NCBI GenBank assembly: GCA_965263295.1
Contig: OZ253665.1
Span: forward strand, 960,001 to 1,024,000
Direction: 5' to 3'
DNA from: Spirochaetia bacterium
GTDB lineage: Bacteria > Spirochaetota > Spirochaetia > SP-2023
DNA length: 64,000 bases
This document shows, one piece after another, positions 61,986 to 64,000 of the stretch. A program made the translations under genes and the position numbers. Numbering within the stretch: position 1 is the stretch's first letter; every line of letters begins with the position of its first letter. The notes under the pieces were generated by a model. It made no database searches and had not been told where the DNA came from. It saw nothing but the letters and a program-made list of their open reading frames with translations.

Positions 61986-64000
61986 ATGAAGAATTCTGGT
62001 CCTTCAAGCAAAGTTTCCCTGGGTAGCCTCCACTGGCCCACTGAGGTTGCCACCTTGGGGAAGCGGTACAAAAACGGATGGGGGCTGCCGCCCTTCAATG
62101 TAAAAGCCTGGGGACAGTTTTTGTTCCGCCGACAACCGAGCTTGCGCAGCCGGATTATTACAGTATTTTTTGTTTCTTTTCTTATATTTATATTCTTGGC
62201 GGGAACTTCTTTACTACTGGTCTTTAATTATCAGCTACATCGTTACACCCAGTTTGTCGGCAATCAATATGCGTTGCAGCTGGCAAGATTGCTAGAGGTC
62301 TATTACAATACTCGTAAATCCTGGCAGGGTATCGACAAGTGGTTATACACAAACTTTGGCTCTAATCAAGATGCGCCACACTTTGCTACTGATCTGGCAG
62401 AACACTTGATCTTGCCTCTAGAGTTATCCACGCGCGGATGGGCAGATCAGCAATCTCATCAGGCGATTCAAGATAACTTTCTCGGCTTAAAGCTTTTTCT
62501 CAATTTGCAAAGCCTAGTAAGTGCACCAAACACTGAAAATTTTGTTATTGGAGAGTCAAACGCCACTGAGGACAGCTTGTCTTTTCCCTACAATAAAAAG
62601 ACATTAAAGATGCTTCCCTCAATTAATGCCCCTGATGCTCGTTTTTATTTCCTGAGAGAACTGCGAGCAAGCAACCTGACGGACAGCAATAGGACTGCGG
62701 AAAACCGATATTCGGAATTTTTTTTATCGTCGTTTCGCTCGCTTGACTCATTTGGTCCTGCAGGCGGGAGCTTAGATTCCTTCAAATTGCAGCGAGTTTC
62801 GAATCAATGGTTCCACAACTTTTTTCGTTCTAGGCGGCAGACTGAGAATTTAAATAATATGGATGGCGATGCCCTACAGCTTATATTGCGGGAAAAAGGT
62901 TTGTCTAGCTGGGAGCAAAATGAAAATCGTCCAAGCTTATTTGCCGACACAGAGCTCAACTCAGAAAACCTGTTTGATCGCTTGGCGCTAAGGTTTGGCT
63001 CTATATCAGGGCACAATGACCAGATGTTTTTACTCCTCAATCGCGACAGAGAAGTCATTATTAGTAACCTTCCGAAAAATATTTTGATACAACAGCTCGG
63101 TTCTACCTGGGGTCTTTTGCAGCAATATATTCGAGATTATGACGATGAAAATAGTCTTAGTTCAGTGAAGCCTTCCGCCCCTTATAATGGAAATAATAGG
63201 AATTGGGCACAGCGTATTGGCGCATTTTTCAGTTTTCGTTCTAAAGCTAGTTTAGTGGATGATCGCAATATTTTTGCTATTAAGGATATTGATAACCAGC
63301 CGGTAGCTTTTTTATATGCCGAGAGTATTGTCAGCCCGATCTGGAAGAAATTGAACGACGAAGTCAACGCTGTGATTTTAAGCGTGGCCTTGTTATCCTG
63401 CCTGATAATAGCTCTGATCTACTGGCTGATTGGCCGTTTTCATTTGCTCGGTTTATTTATGCCTTTGAAAAACCTTAGCGATATCGCCGGCGAAGTGCGC
63501 AAGGGCAATACGGAAGCGCGAGTGCGCGACATACCGCGCGAGGCCGAGTTGGCCCTTGTGACAGAGCAATTTAACAAGATGCTGGATTCGCTGGCTCACG
63601 AGGTCATGTTGCGCGAGCAGCAGTACCGTGATGTGGCACATGAGCTGCGCACCCCGATTACGATTCTCAGTGGCGAATTGCAGTTGATCCAAGAGGGGGT
63701 CTATAAAGCGGATGAGGAGAAAATTCAGGGCTTGAGCAAGCAGGTGCAGCAGATGCAGCGTATCGTGCAGGATCTGGAAATCCTGTACAAGGTTTCGCAG
63801 CAGGATGGCGACGACCCGCAGCGCGAAGTGAAATATTTTGAACGTGTTTCGATTCTACGCTTGCTGCGGGAGGCTTACACGGCCTTCCAGACACAGATGA
63901 AGCAACAGGAGATAGAATTTACCCTGAAACTGGATTTTTTAGAGCCCACAGAGCATATTTTTGTCGCCGGCGATGCCCGCCGCTTGCACCAGGTGTTCGC
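61986..64000 (+). CDS. Sensor histidine kinase (BaeS-like, HAMP plus HisKA); runs off the window
   Basis: RBS GGAGG before ATG 61986; TM helices near 62155-62225 and 63370-63450; HAMP region and H-box DVAHELRTP in the same frame; absent from the ORF track because it has no stop. Confidence 0.9.
   Translation, partial: MKNSGPSSKVSLGSLHWPTEVATLGKRYKNGWGLPPFNVKAWGQFLFRRQPSLRSRIITVFFVSFLIFIFLAGTSLLLVFNYQLHRYTQFVGNQYALQLARLLEVYYNTRKSWQGIDKWLYTNFGSNQDAPHFATDLAEHLILPLELSTRGWADQQSHQAIQDNFLGLKLFLNLQSLVSAPNTENFVIGESNATEDSLSFPYNKKTLKMLPSINAPDARFYFLRELRASNLTDSNRTAENRYSEFFLSSFRSLDSFGPAGGSLDSFKLQRVSNQWFHNFFRSRRQTENLNNMDGDALQLILREKGLSSWEQNENRPSLFADTELNSENLFDRLALRFGSISGHNDQMFLLLNRDREVIISNLPKNILIQQLGSTWGLLQQYIRDYDDENSLSSVKPSAPYNGNNRNWAQRIGAFFSFRSKASLVDDRNIFAIKDIDNQPVAFLYAESIVSPIWKKLNDEVNAVILSVALLSCLIIALIYWLIGRFHLLGLFMPLKNLSDIAGEVRKGNTEARVRDIPREAELALVTEQFNKMLDSLAHEVMLREQQYRDVAHELRTPITILSGELQLIQEGVYKADEEKIQGLSKQVQQMQRIVQDLEILYKVSQQDGDDPQREVKYFERVSILRLLREAYTAFQTQMKQQEIEFTLKLDFLEPTEHIFVAGDARRLHQVF

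Overview
This is a mostly core-genome window from a spirochaete. The assignment is inferred from FlaA, a TP0733-like outer-membrane barrel, a spirochaete-type RpoZ and several spirochaete-style hypothetical proteins. Housekeeping genes include a nucleoside/sugar ABC transporter, ilvD, cheR-cheB, rluD, yggS, an M18 peptidase, two tRNA-Ser genes, def-fmt-PASTA-mutL, glgA, flaA, miaA, rpoZ, nth, rseP, lysA, comEC, msrBA, polA, patB, guaA, carD-ispF and an OmpR/BaeS-type two-component pair. The most unusual signal is a dispersed, bipartite, imperfectly palindromic repeat family. Its left arm is ACCACGAAAGGCACGAAGACGGCGAAAAGGCACGAAATTT and its right arm is AATTTTTCGTGTCGTTTCGTACTTTTTTAGTGTTTTTCGTGGTTACTTGGCC. 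It occurs at five loci between about 21.9 and 31.5 kb, where it brackets accessory cargo: two decayed paralogous modules, a COG0523 metallochaperone and an acidic Ig-repeat lipoprotein. No transposase or integrase was recognised nearby. Other notable features are an AT-rich deoA plus truncated nupC insert, a 15-bp tandem repeat that multiplies the RBS and ATG of an EVE-domain gene, a G11 tract at the 5' end of cheB, and many short tandem micro-duplications. All calls come from reading motifs by eye; no searches were run.
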